A DNA stretch of 64,000 nt. Source: Candidatus Thermochlorobacter sp. (GTDB taxonomy: Bacteria > Bacteroidota > Chlorobiia > Chlorobiales > Thermochlorobacteraceae). The position numbers and the translations under genes are program-made. The first letter of the stretch is position 1; each line of letters begins with the position of its first letter. Positions 9,375 through 19,529 of the stretch are shown piece by piece. Below the pieces are notes generated by a model. That model worked only from the letters and a program-made list of their open reading frames with translations. It searched no databases and was not told the DNA's origin. The stretch is taken from NCBI GenBank assembly GCA_046291735.1, contig JBKBSK010000008.1:32313-96312 (forward strand). Direction: 5' to 3'.

Positions 9375-10325
9375 ATGGATTGCAAAGAATCCCTGAGTCT
9401 GATGAGCGCCGCTGTTGATGGCGAACTCCGCGAGCCCAAGCTATCTGAATTCCTCGAGCATATTAGCGTCTGTGATGCTTGCCGAGCTGAGTTTGAAGCT
9501 GAAAAAGCTACGAAAGCGATTCTGAAAAGTCGCTTAAAGCGCGTGAAAGCTCCGAAAAGTCTTGTAGATGCTATCAAACGTCAGACGATAGGCAACCCCA
9601 GCATGAGCCAATTTTCTCAGGTCTCTTCTCTCTCGCCAGCAGCACTGCCGCAGAACGAGGTAAGTAGAGCCAGTTCGTGGTATGAAATGCTCTCAAGTTG
9701 GCTCTTTGTTGATGCCGGTGCAAGTCGTCGCGCAAATTCTTTCTTTGCTGCCGGACTTGCTTTTACCGTCTTAGCCATGCTAATCTTCGCAGGCTTTGTG
9801 CGCACAAATAGTGAGACCGGGCTGTTCGATACTGCAAGAACAGTTGCATACAGCGCTGCACCAAACTTGTGCGAACTTATCGCTTTCACCTTTGACCCGA
9901 AGCAAGAGCATGCCGATATGCACACCTCTGATGCACAAGTTGTCGAAAACTACTTTGCTAAAATTGCAGGCATTCAAGCCGTGATTCCTAATGTGAAAGG
10001 CTTTTCTCTTGCTACGGCTCGTCTTACTGCGCTTAGCTCACTTAACGCTGGGGAAGTTGTCTTCAAAAAAAGTGCGGGCAAAAAACATGCAGAAAGTGTG
10101 GTTGCCGTCTATGTCATCAACGAGAAAGATATGCAAGGGCGTCTGAGCATACCGCAAGACATTATGCAAGCCATTAGCGCCGATGGTCGCTGTTTTCGGA
10201 CCATGCTTACAAGCAAAGGTCATCAAGTTGTGCTCTGGAAGTGGGGTGAGATTATTTACGCTGCAACCACACACGATGCCCAGCTTGATTTAGCACAACT
10301 TATCACCAATCCTAACTGGAACTGA
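9375..10325 (+). CDS. zinc-binding (ZAS-type) transmembrane anti-sigma factor
   Basis: It has the H-x3-C-x2-C motif (HISVCDAC) near the N-terminus and a central TM segment ([20 protein letters not shown]). It sits immediately downstream of the ECF sigma gene. I placed the start at ATG 9375 ([11 protein letters not shown]...). Confidence 0.75.
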   Translation: MDCKESLSLMSAAVDGELREPKLSEFLEHISVCDACRAEFEAEKATKAILKSRLKRVKAPKSLVDAIKRQTIGNPSMSQFSQVSSLSPAALPQNEVSRASSWYEMLSSWLFVDAGASRRANSFFAAGLAFTVLAMLIFAGFVRTNSETGLFDTARTVAYSAAPNLCELIAFTFDPKQEHADMHTSDAQVVENYFAKIAGIQAVIPNVKGFSLATARLTALSSLNAGEVVFKKSAGKKHAESVVAVYVINEKDMQGRLSIPQDIMQAISADGRCFRTMLTSKGHQVVLWKWGEIIYAATTHDAQLDLAQLITNPNWN

Positions 10326-10338
10326 GCACTGCAAGCCA

Positions 10339-10797
10339 TTGAGCATTACGGTCAAATTTTTACGGCTTCACGCCAGCGCAATTGTCCCGCACTACGCTAC
10401 TGCACAAGCAGCAGGTATGGACATTGCCGCCTGCCTTAGCGACCCGGTTACACTCGAGCCGCAAGTCCCTGCGCTAATTCCAACAGGCTTTGCAATTGAA
10501 CTTCCAGAAGGATATGAAGCACAACTGCGTCCGCGTAGTGGCCTTGCTCTGCATCATGCAATTTCACTTGCAAATGCACCTGCTACAATTGATGCAGATT
10601 ACAGAGGCGAAGTCAAGGTGATTCTTATCAATCATGGTAAAGAGCCTTTTCAAGTGCATCATGGCGACCGTATTGCGCAGATGGTTATCACTAAAGTTGA
10701 ACGTGCCTCGTTGATTGAAGTCAATACGCTCTCGGAGACCGCACGCAGCACTGGAGGATTTGGTCATACTGGTATCTCGACGCCTAACATACCATAA
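10339..10797 (+). CDS. dut: dUTP diphosphatase
   Basis: Motifs [39 protein letters not shown] and [10 protein letters not shown] are present. The start codon is TTG. Confidence 0.92.
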   Translation: MSITVKFLRLHASAIVPHYATAQAAGMDIAACLSDPVTLEPQVPALIPTGFAIELPEGYEAQLRPRSGLALHHAISLANAPATIDADYRGEVKVILINHGKEPFQVHHGDRIAQMVITKVERASLIEVNTLSETARSTGGFGHTGISTPNIP

Positions 10798-10799
10798 AC

Positions 10800-11264
10800 A
10801 TGACTTCACGCTGGCAACACCTTGCGCTTCCTGCTCAAAAGCGCATTGCACTCGTCGCACACGATAACCGCAAGCAAGACCTACTGGAATGGGTGCGTTT
10901 TAATCGTGGCTCTCTTTTGCAACATATTCTTTATGCTACAGGTACAACAGGACATCTGATTGAGCAACAGGTTGGGCTTACAGTGCACAAATTCAAAAGC
11001 GGTCCTTTGGGCGGCGACCTGCAAATTGGCGCAAAAATCTCAGAACATGAAATTGACGTACTTCTCTTCTTTTGGGACCCGCTCGAGCCTCAACCACATG
11101 ACCCTGATGTCAAAGCGTTGCTACGCATCGCCGTTGTATGGAATATTCCCGTCGCATGCAATCGCGCAACCGCTGATTTCATTATCTCCTCCCCACTTAT
11201 CGCGCAGCACTACGATCGACTGGTTGAGACTTTTGATAACTATCTCGATAGGCTTGAAAGGTAA
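10800..11264 (+). CDS. mgsA: methylglyoxal synthase
   Basis: Motifs [29 protein letters not shown] and [20 protein letters not shown] are present. It begins 2 nt after the dut stop. Confidence 0.9.
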   Translation: MTSRWQHLALPAQKRIALVAHDNRKQDLLEWVRFNRGSLLQHILYATGTTGHLIEQQVGLTVHKFKSGPLGGDLQIGAKISEHEIDVLLFFWDPLEPQPHDPDVKALLRIAVVWNIPVACNRATADFIISSPLIAQHYDRLVETFDNYLDRLER

Positions 11265-11426
11265 GGGAAACTTTGACGGACTTTTGACAAAAACTTTCAG
11301 AACGTATTGGTAGAGCAAAAGAAATGCGCTATCTTTAAGATTTAGTGCATCTCATTCGCTTCGCAAGGCTTCGGTTTTTTCAATTTCAACTATTACAACC
11401 TAAAAACGACTAACACCGCAAAATTT

Positions 11427-12563
11427 ATGCAAGCCTCGGCACCACAACTTCAGTATAACTGGATAAATATAACCTTTATTATAGGCACTACGCTTGCAGC
11501 TATTGTTGGCACAGCGTATTGGATTTGGAGCGGCAGTTTCAACTGGGCAACAGTTGCTTTAGCTGTCTTTTACCTCTATGCGACAGGGATTTCTATCACT
11601 GCAGGCTATCATCGTTTGTTTTCGCACCGAAGTTATGAAGCTGCAGCACCTGTCAAGTGGTTCTTTGTCTTTTTCGGCTCTGCGGCTTTTGAAGGCACTA
11701 TTATTGATTGGAGTTATGATCATCGCATTCATCACCGCTATGAAGATCGTGAAGAAGATCCTTACGCGATTCATAAAGGATTCTGGTTTGCGCATGTCGG
11801 TTGGTTGTTTACAAAAAATTGGCGTGCTGATGTTACGAAAGTCAAAGATCTCTGGGCTGACCCCTTACTGCGCTTTCAACACAACCACTACATTCCAATT
11901 GCTACGTTTATGTGTTTTGTGTTGCCTATGCTGCTGTGTGCAACTTGGGGCGATGCTTTCGGGGGATTATTTATTGCCGGTGCCCTGCGCTTAGTGCTCA
12001 ACCATCATTTTACATGGTTTATCAATTCGCTCTGTCATTACGCTGGCACACGACCATATTCGGACAAAATCACAGCACGCGATAACTGGGTAACTGCGCT
12101 TTTCACTTATGGTGAAGGCTACCATAACTTTCACCATGCGTTTCCGGGTGATTACCGCAATGGGGTACGCTGGTTTGACTACGACCCGACCAAGTGGGTT
12201 ATTAACGCGCTGTCTCACATTGGTCTTACTTGGAATCTGCATCGCATGAGTCCTGAACGTATTTTAGAGCGCCGCATTGCCCTGCAAGAGAAAAAATTGA
12301 AGGAGCAACTTTCAGCTAATTCACCAGCGGTTGCTTCGTTTGCGCTACAGACCATCTCATCAGCAAAAGCACATTTTAGTGCTGCTGCCGAGCGTGTAGC
12401 GCATCTGCGCGAGCAGTATCACAACTTGAAAGCCCAAAAAAGTGAAGCACTCGCGCACCAACTCGAAGAAGCCAAACAAAAGTTTGAACAAGCTCAGCGT
12501 GAGTTCAAGCAAAGCGTAGCGATGTGGAAAGCTATGGCAAATGGACTTGGTAAGTTAGCGTGA
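11427..12563 (+). CDS. acyl-CoA/acyl-lipid delta-9 fatty acid desaturase with a C-terminal coiled-coil tail
   Basis: It has three histidine boxes (HRLFSHRSY, HRIHHRY, HNFHHAFPGDY) and N-terminal TM helices. The last ~100 aa are heptad-like and charged (LEEAKQKFEQAQREFKQ). Confidence 0.88.
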   Translation: MQASAPQLQYNWINITFIIGTTLAAIVGTAYWIWSGSFNWATVALAVFYLYATGISITAGYHRLFSHRSYEAAAPVKWFFVFFGSAAFEGTIIDWSYDHRIHHRYEDREEDPYAIHKGFWFAHVGWLFTKNWRADVTKVKDLWADPLLRFQHNHYIPIATFMCFVLPMLLCATWGDAFGGLFIAGALRLVLNHHFTWFINSLCHYAGTRPYSDKITARDNWVTALFTYGEGYHNFHHAFPGDYRNGVRWFDYDPTKWVINALSHIGLTWNLHRMSPERILERRIALQEKKLKEQLSANSPAVASFALQTISSAKAHFSAAAERVAHLREQYHNLKAQKSEALAHQLEEAKQKFEQAQREFKQSVAMWKAMANGLGKLA

Positions 12564-12592
12564 AAACACTTGCAATTAAACAGATAGCATGA

Positions 12593-12613
12593 GGGCGAGT
12601 TGCAGACTCGCCC
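12593..12613. terminator. hairpin between convergent genes (desaturase and the DUF481 gene)
   Basis: The hairpin is GGGCGAGT-tgcag-ACTCGCCC, a perfect 8-bp GC-rich stem. The flanking T/A runs are weak. Confidence 0.5.
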
Positions 12614-12641
12614 TTACTATTCCAAGCAAGTCTGTATGTGA

Positions 12642-13424
12642 TTAAAAGGAAAAAGTTACTGTGTTGCGCAAATCCACATCGAAAGGTCTGACCGTTGGCA
12701 CTGGTTCATTGTCGTAGCGATAGTTTAAGGTTAGTGAAAGTGCAAGCGTATCTGTGATGCCTACGTGCAGTGAGCCATCGATCAAAATGCGGTAATCACT
12801 AAGTCGTGTGATATCAACTTGAAAATATCCGATGATTTGCAGCGATGTACTCTTTGTGATACGCCACAACACTGCAAGATAGTTGGTCGAGCGTAAGAGT
12901 TTCGTCTCGAGGTTTTCGCCCGTGAATTTTTCATTTTCCCACATGGCACCAATGCCCAGCGTGAGCCGAAGCGACATTACAGAATCGTTGGGAGAGAGAT
13001 GTAGCAAACCGAGACGTGCTCCTGCGCCCGCTAGTGTGCGTTCTTTGAGCAAAATAAATTCATTGAACTCTCGCTGTGCAAAAACTTCAGGATGAAAAAG
13101 CGTATCCACGTTGAGCATGAGGCGCAAATGTGCAAACCCGCGATTGAGAAACACCTGCTCATTTGCTGTGCCCCGCTCAATGTTGCCCACGGCAAAGGCA
13201 TAGAGCAAGTCGGTCTGATAATCCAGGCGTGCATCGGCTTGCCATCTGAAAAATTCTGAATTACCAGCATTCAAGCTAAAACCAAAGCCAAGCCGTGCTG
13301 AAAATCCACCACGTGTATTGCGCAATAACGATTCAGTATTAACCTGCGCATAAGCTGTTGTGGCTATCAGCAACAGACTACACAGTGTAGAGAACGACCT
13401 CCGGCAGGGTGCGACAATAGGCAT
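12642..13424 (-). CDS. DUF481-like outer-membrane beta-barrel protein
   Basis: It has a signal peptide (..LLIATTAYAQ), an alternating beta-strand pattern, and a C-terminal ...LTLNYRYDNEPVP...TVTFSF ending in an aromatic residue. This resembles the YdiY/DUF481 family. Confidence 0.55.
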   Translation of the reverse strand: MPIVAPCRRSFSTLCSLLLIATTAYAQVNTESLLRNTRGGFSARLGFGFSLNAGNSEFFRWQADARLDYQTDLLYAFAVGNIERGTANEQVFLNRGFAHLRLMLNVDTLFHPEVFAQREFNEFILLKERTLAGAGARLGLLHLSPNDSVMSLRLTLGIGAMWENEKFTGENLETKLLRSTNYLAVLWRITKSTSLQIIGYFQVDITRLSDYRILIDGSLHVGITDTLALSLTLNYRYDNEPVPTVRPFDVDLRNTVTFSF

Positions 13425-13650
13425 TTATTGCATGGTTTTTTGAAACGCTGTAAATTTGAAGTTAGCATTTGCAAATATGCCTAAAAATACTTTTCTTTGC
13501 TGCATTTATTCTCAGCACAGTACCTTTTAACGCACATTTTCTTTATCACTTTACACAACAAAGCACAGCAAAGAGGTATGCTTAAGTTCATTAAGCTCAT
13601 ACCTTCCTAAGCATAAAGCACAAAACAACAAAAACGATCACGGAAGCAAC

Positions 13651-16600
13651 ATGAAAAAACGATATGCATTGTGGCTAGGAGTATACCTATGCCTGCTTGC
13701 TATAACCAATTCTGCAATGGCGCAAGAATTGAGCATCTCTGGCAAAGTCGTCGATGCCAAGACTGCTGAGCCACTTTTAGGTGCAGCCGTACGCGTCAAA
13801 GAAACGGGCGGCGGCGCACTTACCGATGCATTAGGGCGGTTTCGGCTGACGCTGAAAGTGTCCACAGCAACGCTTTCTGTCAAACTTGTGGGCTATAAGG
13901 AAAGGACTGTGGTGGTTACAGAAAGCACAGATAACTTGGTCATTGAGTTGCAAGAAGACATTTTACGTGCGGAAGAGTTGGTCGTTACCGGTGTTGCAAC
14001 TGGGATTCGCCGTGAAAACTCACCGACGGCTATTGGCACGCTCAAAGCTGAAGAGCTTCTGCCGGCACCTGCTCAAACCATTGAGCAAACGTTTGCTGCA
14101 AAAATTCCCGGTCTTTCAATTAGCCAGAACACTGGTGCTCCGGGTGGCGGTATCAGCATCAACTTGCGTGGGGTCTCCACGCTGGTCGGCAACTCGCAAC
14201 CGCTCATTTTTGTGGACGGTGTTATCATCAGCAACGACCAAATTCAAAGCGGCTTAGACGCCCTAACGGCTGCGACGGGCGTAGGCAGCCCCAGACCGCA
14301 GAGCCAACCGTCAAATCGCTTGGCTGATATTAACCCGAATGATATTGAAGAGATTCAGATTCTGAAAGGTCCAACTGCTGCTGCGGTCTATGGGGCAAAA
14401 GCGGCGGCTGGCGTAATTTTAATCACGACAAAGCAAGGACGACCGGCTGACAAAGCGACCATTGATTTTTCACAGCAGACTGGTTTTTCCCGTATCCTCA
14501 AAAAGCAAGGTACGCGTAACTGGTCGGCAGATACCACTGGATATTTCCGCTTTTTTGGACGTCCAGCACCTGCCAATCTGCCCTTTATTGACTATGAGGA
14601 TGAACTCTATGGTCAGACAGGGTTCATTAGTGAAACGAACCTCAATGTGCGCGGCGGCAGTGCAAATACCATTTTTTCAATCAGTGGTACAGCGCGCACC
14701 GAGCAAGGCATTGTTCGCAATACAGGTTATAGCCGCTATAGCGCACGGCTTAACCTCTCGCATCGCTTCTCCGATAACCTGCTCGTAGATGTCGGCTTAA
14801 ACTATATCAACACGAACTCGGACCGCAGTGCAACAGGCAACTCGAATAACAATGTGAGTTTGCCTTATCTTGCAGCATTTATTCCGAGTTTTTTAGATGT
14901 GCGTCCACAAGGGAGCGTCTACACTGATCCGACCAACAACGGCGCCAATCCTTTTGAGATTATTGATAAAGTGACCAATAATGAGCGCATTGACCGAGTG
15001 GTCGGGTCCATCAAATTAGACTGGACGCTCTTTCGCACAGAGACACAGCGCTTGAGTTTTGTGGCGCAAGGTGGTGCGGATTACTTTACACAAGTCAATA
15101 CGATTTTTTCACCGATTAACACGATTCACGAACAGCTTGCGGCTCTGCCCGGACGAAGTATCAAAAACAACACCCCAACCTTCTACAACAATCTTTATAC
15201 AAGTCTGATACACAATCTGCAAGCAGGCGGCATTTCTTTTACTACCTCAGCGGGCTTGCAGTTAGAAAACCGCGATATCAATAGTTTGCTGCTCGTAACA
15301 AGCGGCTTGCCCTCCATCTCAAACAATCTCAACCAAGTTGCTAGCGTACAGCAACTGCAAATTGTTACGAAACAGTACGACCAAGGGCTCTATATTCAGG
15401 AAGATGTTGACATAGAAGGTCTGGTCTTCCTCACCCTTGGTTTGCGTGCGGACCGAAGCAGTGCAAATGGTGATGTCGATAAGTTTTACTTCTTCCCCAA
15501 AGGTGGCGTCTCGTTGCTGCTGTCTAAACTTCCCTTATGGGAAAGTCTGCGCACAACTGTTGAATCTGCAAAGATTCGCGTGGCGGCAGGTCAAGCAGGT
15601 ACATTTGCACCGCCGATTGCTAAGTTCACAACTCTTGGTGCAAGTAACATTGGCGGACTAAGTGGCTTGACCCTTCCCTCTCGCCCGGGCAACCCCAACA
15701 TTGAACCAGAGCGTGTAACCGAAATAGAACTCGGGTTCGATCTCGGTCTTGCTGGTGGCTTTGCTTCACTTGAATTTTCATACTACTTGCGTCAAATCTC
15801 TGGTCTTGTCGTTGAAGCCCAGATCGCGCCGTCCTCTGGCGGAACCACCCGCTTTGAAAATGGTGGCGATATGGTCACCAATGGCATTGAAGTGGCACTT
15901 AACCTCAGCCCTGTGCGCACAGCCGACTTCAGCTGGGACGCACGACTGAACTTCTTCCGAACCACAGCTGAAATCACCGAACTTAAAGTGCCAGACTTCA
16001 CTACTGGTGGATTCGGCGTTGCGCTAGGTGCCTACTACATTGCTAAGGGCTATTCACCGACCACTATTGTCGGTCGTGAGAGTTTCGGACCGAATCCCAA
16101 TGCACCGAACCCGAACGCTGCACCGGGACGGTTTAATGGCTTAGTGCTAGGTAATGAACTGCCTGATTTTCGCGTTGGGTTTTCGAACTCTCTGCGCTTC
16201 AAAGGCGTTGAACTTTACTTCCTGTTAGATTGGAAACAAGGCGGTAATGTTATTAACCTCACTCGATTCCTGACCGATCTTGGCGGCACATCGCCTGACG
16301 CTGGCTTAGATGGTGAAATTCAACGCACTGCACTGCGCACTGGGAGAAATCCTGTAACAGGACAGCCAACGAATCAAACTCTTGGCACACCATGGATTGA
16401 AGACGGCACCTTTTTGCGCTTGCGCGAGCTAGCGATTACCTATACCTTTGACCGTAACTTGATTAGTAGCCTATTTGGTGGCGCGATTTCTTACTTGCGT
16501 ATCGGACTGACGGGCAGAAACCTGCTGCTCTTTACACCTTACGCCGGTTACGATCCTGAAGTCAGCAACTTCGGCAATATCGCTATCGGACGTTCTGTTG

Positions 16601-16659
16601 ATGTTACTCCATTTCCTTCGGCACGTAGTTTCTACTTCAACCTTTCATTTGGACTGTAA
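13651..16659 (+). CDS. SusC/RagA-family TonB-dependent outer-membrane transporter
   Basis: It has a signal peptide and a CarboxypepD_reg-like domain (ISGKVVDAKTAEPLLGAAVRVKETGGG). The plug region is IEEIQILKGPTAAAVYGAKAAAGVILITTKQG. The product is ~1000 aa and the barrel ends in FYFNLSFGL. Confidence 0.9.
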   Translation: MKKRYALWLGVYLCLLAITNSAMAQELSISGKVVDAKTAEPLLGAAVRVKETGGGALTDALGRFRLTLKVSTATLSVKLVGYKERTVVVTESTDNLVIELQEDILRAEELVVTGVATGIRRENSPTAIGTLKAEELLPAPAQTIEQTFAAKIPGLSISQNTGAPGGGISINLRGVSTLVGNSQPLIFVDGVIISNDQIQSGLDALTAATGVGSPRPQSQPSNRLADINPNDIEEIQILKGPTAAAVYGAKAAAGVILITTKQGRPADKATIDFSQQTGFSRILKKQGTRNWSADTTGYFRFFGRPAPANLPFIDYEDELYGQTGFISETNLNVRGGSANTIFSISGTARTEQGIVRNTGYSRYSARLNLSHRFSDNLLVDVGLNYINTNSDRSATGNSNNNVSLPYLAAFIPSFLDVRPQGSVYTDPTNNGANPFEIIDKVTNNERIDRVVGSIKLDWTLFRTETQRLSFVAQGGADYFTQVNTIFSPINTIHEQLAALPGRSIKNNTPTFYNNLYTSLIHNLQAGGISFTTSAGLQLENRDINSLLLVTSGLPSISNNLNQVASVQQLQIVTKQYDQGLYIQEDVDIEGLVFLTLGLRADRSSANGDVDKFYFFPKGGVSLLLSKLPLWESLRTTVESAKIRVAAGQAGTFAPPIAKFTTLGASNIGGLSGLTLPSRPGNPNIEPERVTEIELGFDLGLAGGFASLEFSYYLRQISGLVVEAQIAPSSGGTTRFENGGDMVTNGIEVALNLSPVRTADFSWDARLNFFRTTAEITELKVPDFTTGGFGVALGAYYIAKGYSPTTIVGRESFGPNPNAPNPNAAPGRFNGLVLGNELPDFRVGFSNSLRFKGVELYFLLDWKQGGNVINLTRFLTDLGGTSPDAGLDGEIQRTALRTGRNPVTGQPTNQTLGTPWIEDGTFLRLRELAITYTFDRNLISSLFGGAISYLRIGLTGRNLLLFTPYAGYDPEVSNFGNIAIGRSVDVTPFPSARSFYFNLSFGL

Positions 16660-16673
16660 AGGAGGAGATAGAA

Positions 16674-18065
16674 ATGAACTTTCTAACCAAGAATCAAACC
16701 ATGAAAACACCTGTAGCGGCATTAACCGCTTTATACCGATTTGGCTTATTTTCACTTCTGATTTCATCACTGTTTGTCTTCTACGGTTGCCCCGATCGGA
16801 ATTTTCCGAATCCTAACTCTGCTGATCCAGCCACAGCAGGCGTGCAGAGTCTGGTTACGGGTGTCGAGTCCTCTATGCGAAATGCTATGGGGTTTTATCT
16901 CTATGGCACCTCAATCATCGGACGAGAAGCTTACTACTTCGGCGGCGACGACCCACGCTACATGGCTGAATACAAAGGCGGCGCTTTAGATCCGGGTGGT
17001 CCGTTCAACAATAACAACTACATTCAGCGATATAATGTAATTGCAACCGCCAATGCCTTGCTTGATGTGGCAGCGAATTTACCTGCAGAAGAAAAACGTG
17101 GTGTAGAAGGCTTTGCAAAGACAATAATCGCTTATCAACTGCTAATCGTGCTCAATCAACTCAATGAGAACGGTATTAAAATCCGTTTCTCACCCAATCC
17201 ATCTGAGCATCCTTTTGTTCCAAAGGCGGAGGGCTTTCGCGAAATCAACCGTCTGTTAGATGAAGCTCATGCTGCCTTGACTGCATCTGGCACACGCTTT
17301 AACTTCCGTCTTTCGAACGGTTTTGCCAATTTTAATACACCTACCACTTTTGCGCGTTTTAATCGCGCCTTGCGTGCCCGCGTAGCCGCCTACCAAGGCG
17401 ATTACAACACTTGCCTTAGCGCACTTAGCCAGTCTTTCCTGCGTGAAGGCGATACTCCAGATGATATGAACCTTGGTGTTTATCATGTCTTTAGCACGGC
17501 TCCCGGCGATGCGCTCAACCCACTTTTTGAGCCACCTGCACAAGCCGTGCGCTGGTGGGCACACCCCAGTGTGTATCGGGAGAATCAAGACACGGCTACC
17601 GATCGACGGATTCGAACCAAGTTGTTCCCTCGCTCACTGACTTCAGCCTATGGTGTTTCTTCCAGCTTTGTTGTTTCGGTGTTTCCAAGCAATGTGGCGC
17701 CTATTTCAATTATCCGAAATGAAGAGCTCTTGCTGCTGCGTGCTGAAGCCAATATCCTTGGAAGCACACAAAATCTGGCGGCGGCAACGGCAGATATTAA
17801 CCGTGTGCGCCGTGCCGCTGGCGTACCGGAAATTCCCGTTTTAGCCAACAGAGACGCCGCACTCGATCGCCTCATTTATGAGCGTCGATACTCACTCTTT
17901 TGCGAGGGGCATCGCTGGATTGATATGCGCCGCTTCCCTACACGACCGGGCTCACCGAATCCTAATAACTTACCCGGTCGGCTCAACGAATTACCTATCG
18001 ACCGCACTGGCGATCGAATTGTCGTGAACTTTGAGCGCCCAATCGCTGACGTACCGCGCCAGTAA
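16674..18065 (+). CDS. SusD/RagB-family nutrient-binding outer-membrane lipoprotein
   Basis: It has a lipobox-like FVFYGC and the C-terminal ERRYSLFCEGHRWIDMRRF motif. It starts 14 nt after the susC-like stop and is preceded by AGGAGG. Confidence 0.88.
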   Translation: MNFLTKNQTMKTPVAALTALYRFGLFSLLISSLFVFYGCPDRNFPNPNSADPATAGVQSLVTGVESSMRNAMGFYLYGTSIIGREAYYFGGDDPRYMAEYKGGALDPGGPFNNNNYIQRYNVIATANALLDVAANLPAEEKRGVEGFAKTIIAYQLLIVLNQLNENGIKIRFSPNPSEHPFVPKAEGFREINRLLDEAHAALTASGTRFNFRLSNGFANFNTPTTFARFNRALRARVAAYQGDYNTCLSALSQSFLREGDTPDDMNLGVYHVFSTAPGDALNPLFEPPAQAVRWWAHPSVYRENQDTATDRRIRTKLFPRSLTSAYGVSSSFVVSVFPSNVAPISIIRNEELLLLRAEANILGSTQNLAAATADINRVRRAAGVPEIPVLANRDAALDRLIYERRYSLFCEGHRWIDMRRFPTRPGSPNPNNLPGRLNELPIDRTGDRIVVNFERPIADVPRQ

Positions 18066-18111
18066 GCGGCAACGGATTGAAGTGATTTGGCTTGAAGTTA
18101 CTTGGCTTAAA

Positions 18112-18143
18112 GCGGAGAGGCAGACCAGCTTCTCCGCTTTTTT
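18112..18143 (+). terminator. rho-independent terminator after the susD-like gene (between convergent genes)
   Basis: The hairpin GCGGAGA-ggcagaccagct-TCTCCGC is followed by TTTTTTA. Confidence 0.75.
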
Positions 18144-18160
18144 ATGTTTGATGGCAGGAC

Positions 18161-19390
18161 TTATGAAAAACGGCTCAAACGCAGGAAGTTAATCGGCTGT
18201 GAGGTTCGCCCTTCTAAGGTCAGCTCTGCCATTATTTCACCGATGAGTGAAGCAAACTTATAGCCATGTCCTGAAAGCCCACCAGCGAAAAATAAGCCTT
18301 TGTAGTTTGGGTGCTCATCAATGATGAAGTTTCCATCGGGCGACATATCATACATGCAGGTTGCCGCTGCACTGCGCTCTGGCGTGCTGCAGGAAAAAGC
18401 CGTTTGGATAAAAGTCAGAAAAGGCAATTCATCGTTGCTATCAATCGGGCGCTTAGTATCTCTGGGCGTTGCCACCGATTCATTGCGTATATGCTCACCT
18501 ATTTTGACCCCTCGTGCACTGGCGGCTGCTAAACCATAGAATGCGCCTAATGCTGTCGCCATGTAAAAGTTTGGCATCTTCTCGTTTGAAAAATCATGTT
18601 CAGAAAGTTTGCGCGCTGTCGCTAATGAGCTAGAGCGGTACCAGAAAAGACACTTGCGCCAAATGTCGAGTTTGATGTTTAGTTCTGCTAGTAACGGCTT
18701 GAGCCATGCCCCGGTCGTCAGAATCAGCTGCTTTGCATAAATCTTTTGACGCTGCGTTTGAATCTCAAAACCCTCACGATGCGGTTTCCACGCTTGCAGC
18801 GGTTCATTGAAAAAAAGTGTGGCTCCACTTTTGCGTGCCACATCAATGTAAGTTTGAATGGCTTTTTCTACCAGCAAACTTCCTCCAATAGGGTCATAAA
18901 TGATTGTATCGCCATCACGGAAAGCAAATTGTGGAAAACGCTTCTGTGCTTCAGCAACGGAAAGAATCTCATGCGGCAAGCTCGGATACTTTTCGTAGCA
19001 CTGCAGCGTGCCTTTGATATTTGGGTCTTCTATCGGACCAGCCATCACTAAGCCGTTTTGCACAAAGAGTGTTTGCCCCGACTCTGCTTCAAAGGCACGC
19101 CAGAGTTCATAAGCACGATTCAGCAAGGGAATATAATCTGGATGCTCAAAGTAGGCTTTACGAATGATGCGTGTCTCACCATGCGAGCCGCCCTCTTGAT
19201 GAGCAATACCGAATTGCTCAATACCGCATACCTTTACCTTACGTTTTGCCAGCTGATAGGCAACTGCACTTCCCATTCCCCCTAAGCCAATTACAGCCAC
19301 ATCATAGCGAGGCTTTTTGCCTACTGTCGAGCTTGTAGGCAGAAGAAGAGTAGAGCCCAGCACCCCCAAAAGAAACTCTCGTCGCTTCAT
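18161..19390 (-). CDS. FAD-dependent monomeric sarcosine oxidase / N-methyltryptophan oxidase family enzyme with a Tat-like signal
   Basis: It has a Rossmann motif YDVAVIGLGGMGSAVAYQLAKR and a CMYD segment aligned to the covalent-FAD cysteine motif (CMYT) of MSOX. SGHGYKF is present. The N-terminus MKRREFLLGVLGSTLLLP resembles a twin-arginine signal. Confidence 0.75.
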   Translation of the reverse strand: MKRREFLLGVLGSTLLLPTSSTVGKKPRYDVAVIGLGGMGSAVAYQLAKRKVKVCGIEQFGIAHQEGGSHGETRIIRKAYFEHPDYIPLLNRAYELWRAFEAESGQTLFVQNGLVMAGPIEDPNIKGTLQCYEKYPSLPHEILSVAEAQKRFPQFAFRDGDTIIYDPIGGSLLVEKAIQTYIDVARKSGATLFFNEPLQAWKPHREGFEIQTQRQKIYAKQLILTTGAWLKPLLAELNIKLDIWRKCLFWYRSSSLATARKLSEHDFSNEKMPNFYMATALGAFYGLAAASARGVKIGEHIRNESVATPRDTKRPIDSNDELPFLTFIQTAFSCSTPERSAAATCMYDMSPDGNFIIDEHPNYKGLFFAGGLSGHGYKFASLIGEIMAELTLEGRTSQPINFLRLSRFS

Positions 19391-19529
19391 TGTAGAAGAA
19401 AAATAAATTGAGGTTTGTCTGTCTTATCACGAACACTTGCGCAGAGCGCCCGCTCTGCACGCACACTTTGAGCTGCTTTTTTATTAGATGCCTCTTAGTT
19501 GATTGGTTATATCAAATTTAGATAATCGT

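Noticed and set aside
19441-19458. The hairpin GCAGAGC-gccc-GCTCTGC between the methyltransferase and the oxidase genes, considered as a terminator.
   Set aside because: No U-run follows the hairpin in the minus-strand (transcribed) orientation, so it does not meet intrinsic-terminator criteria.
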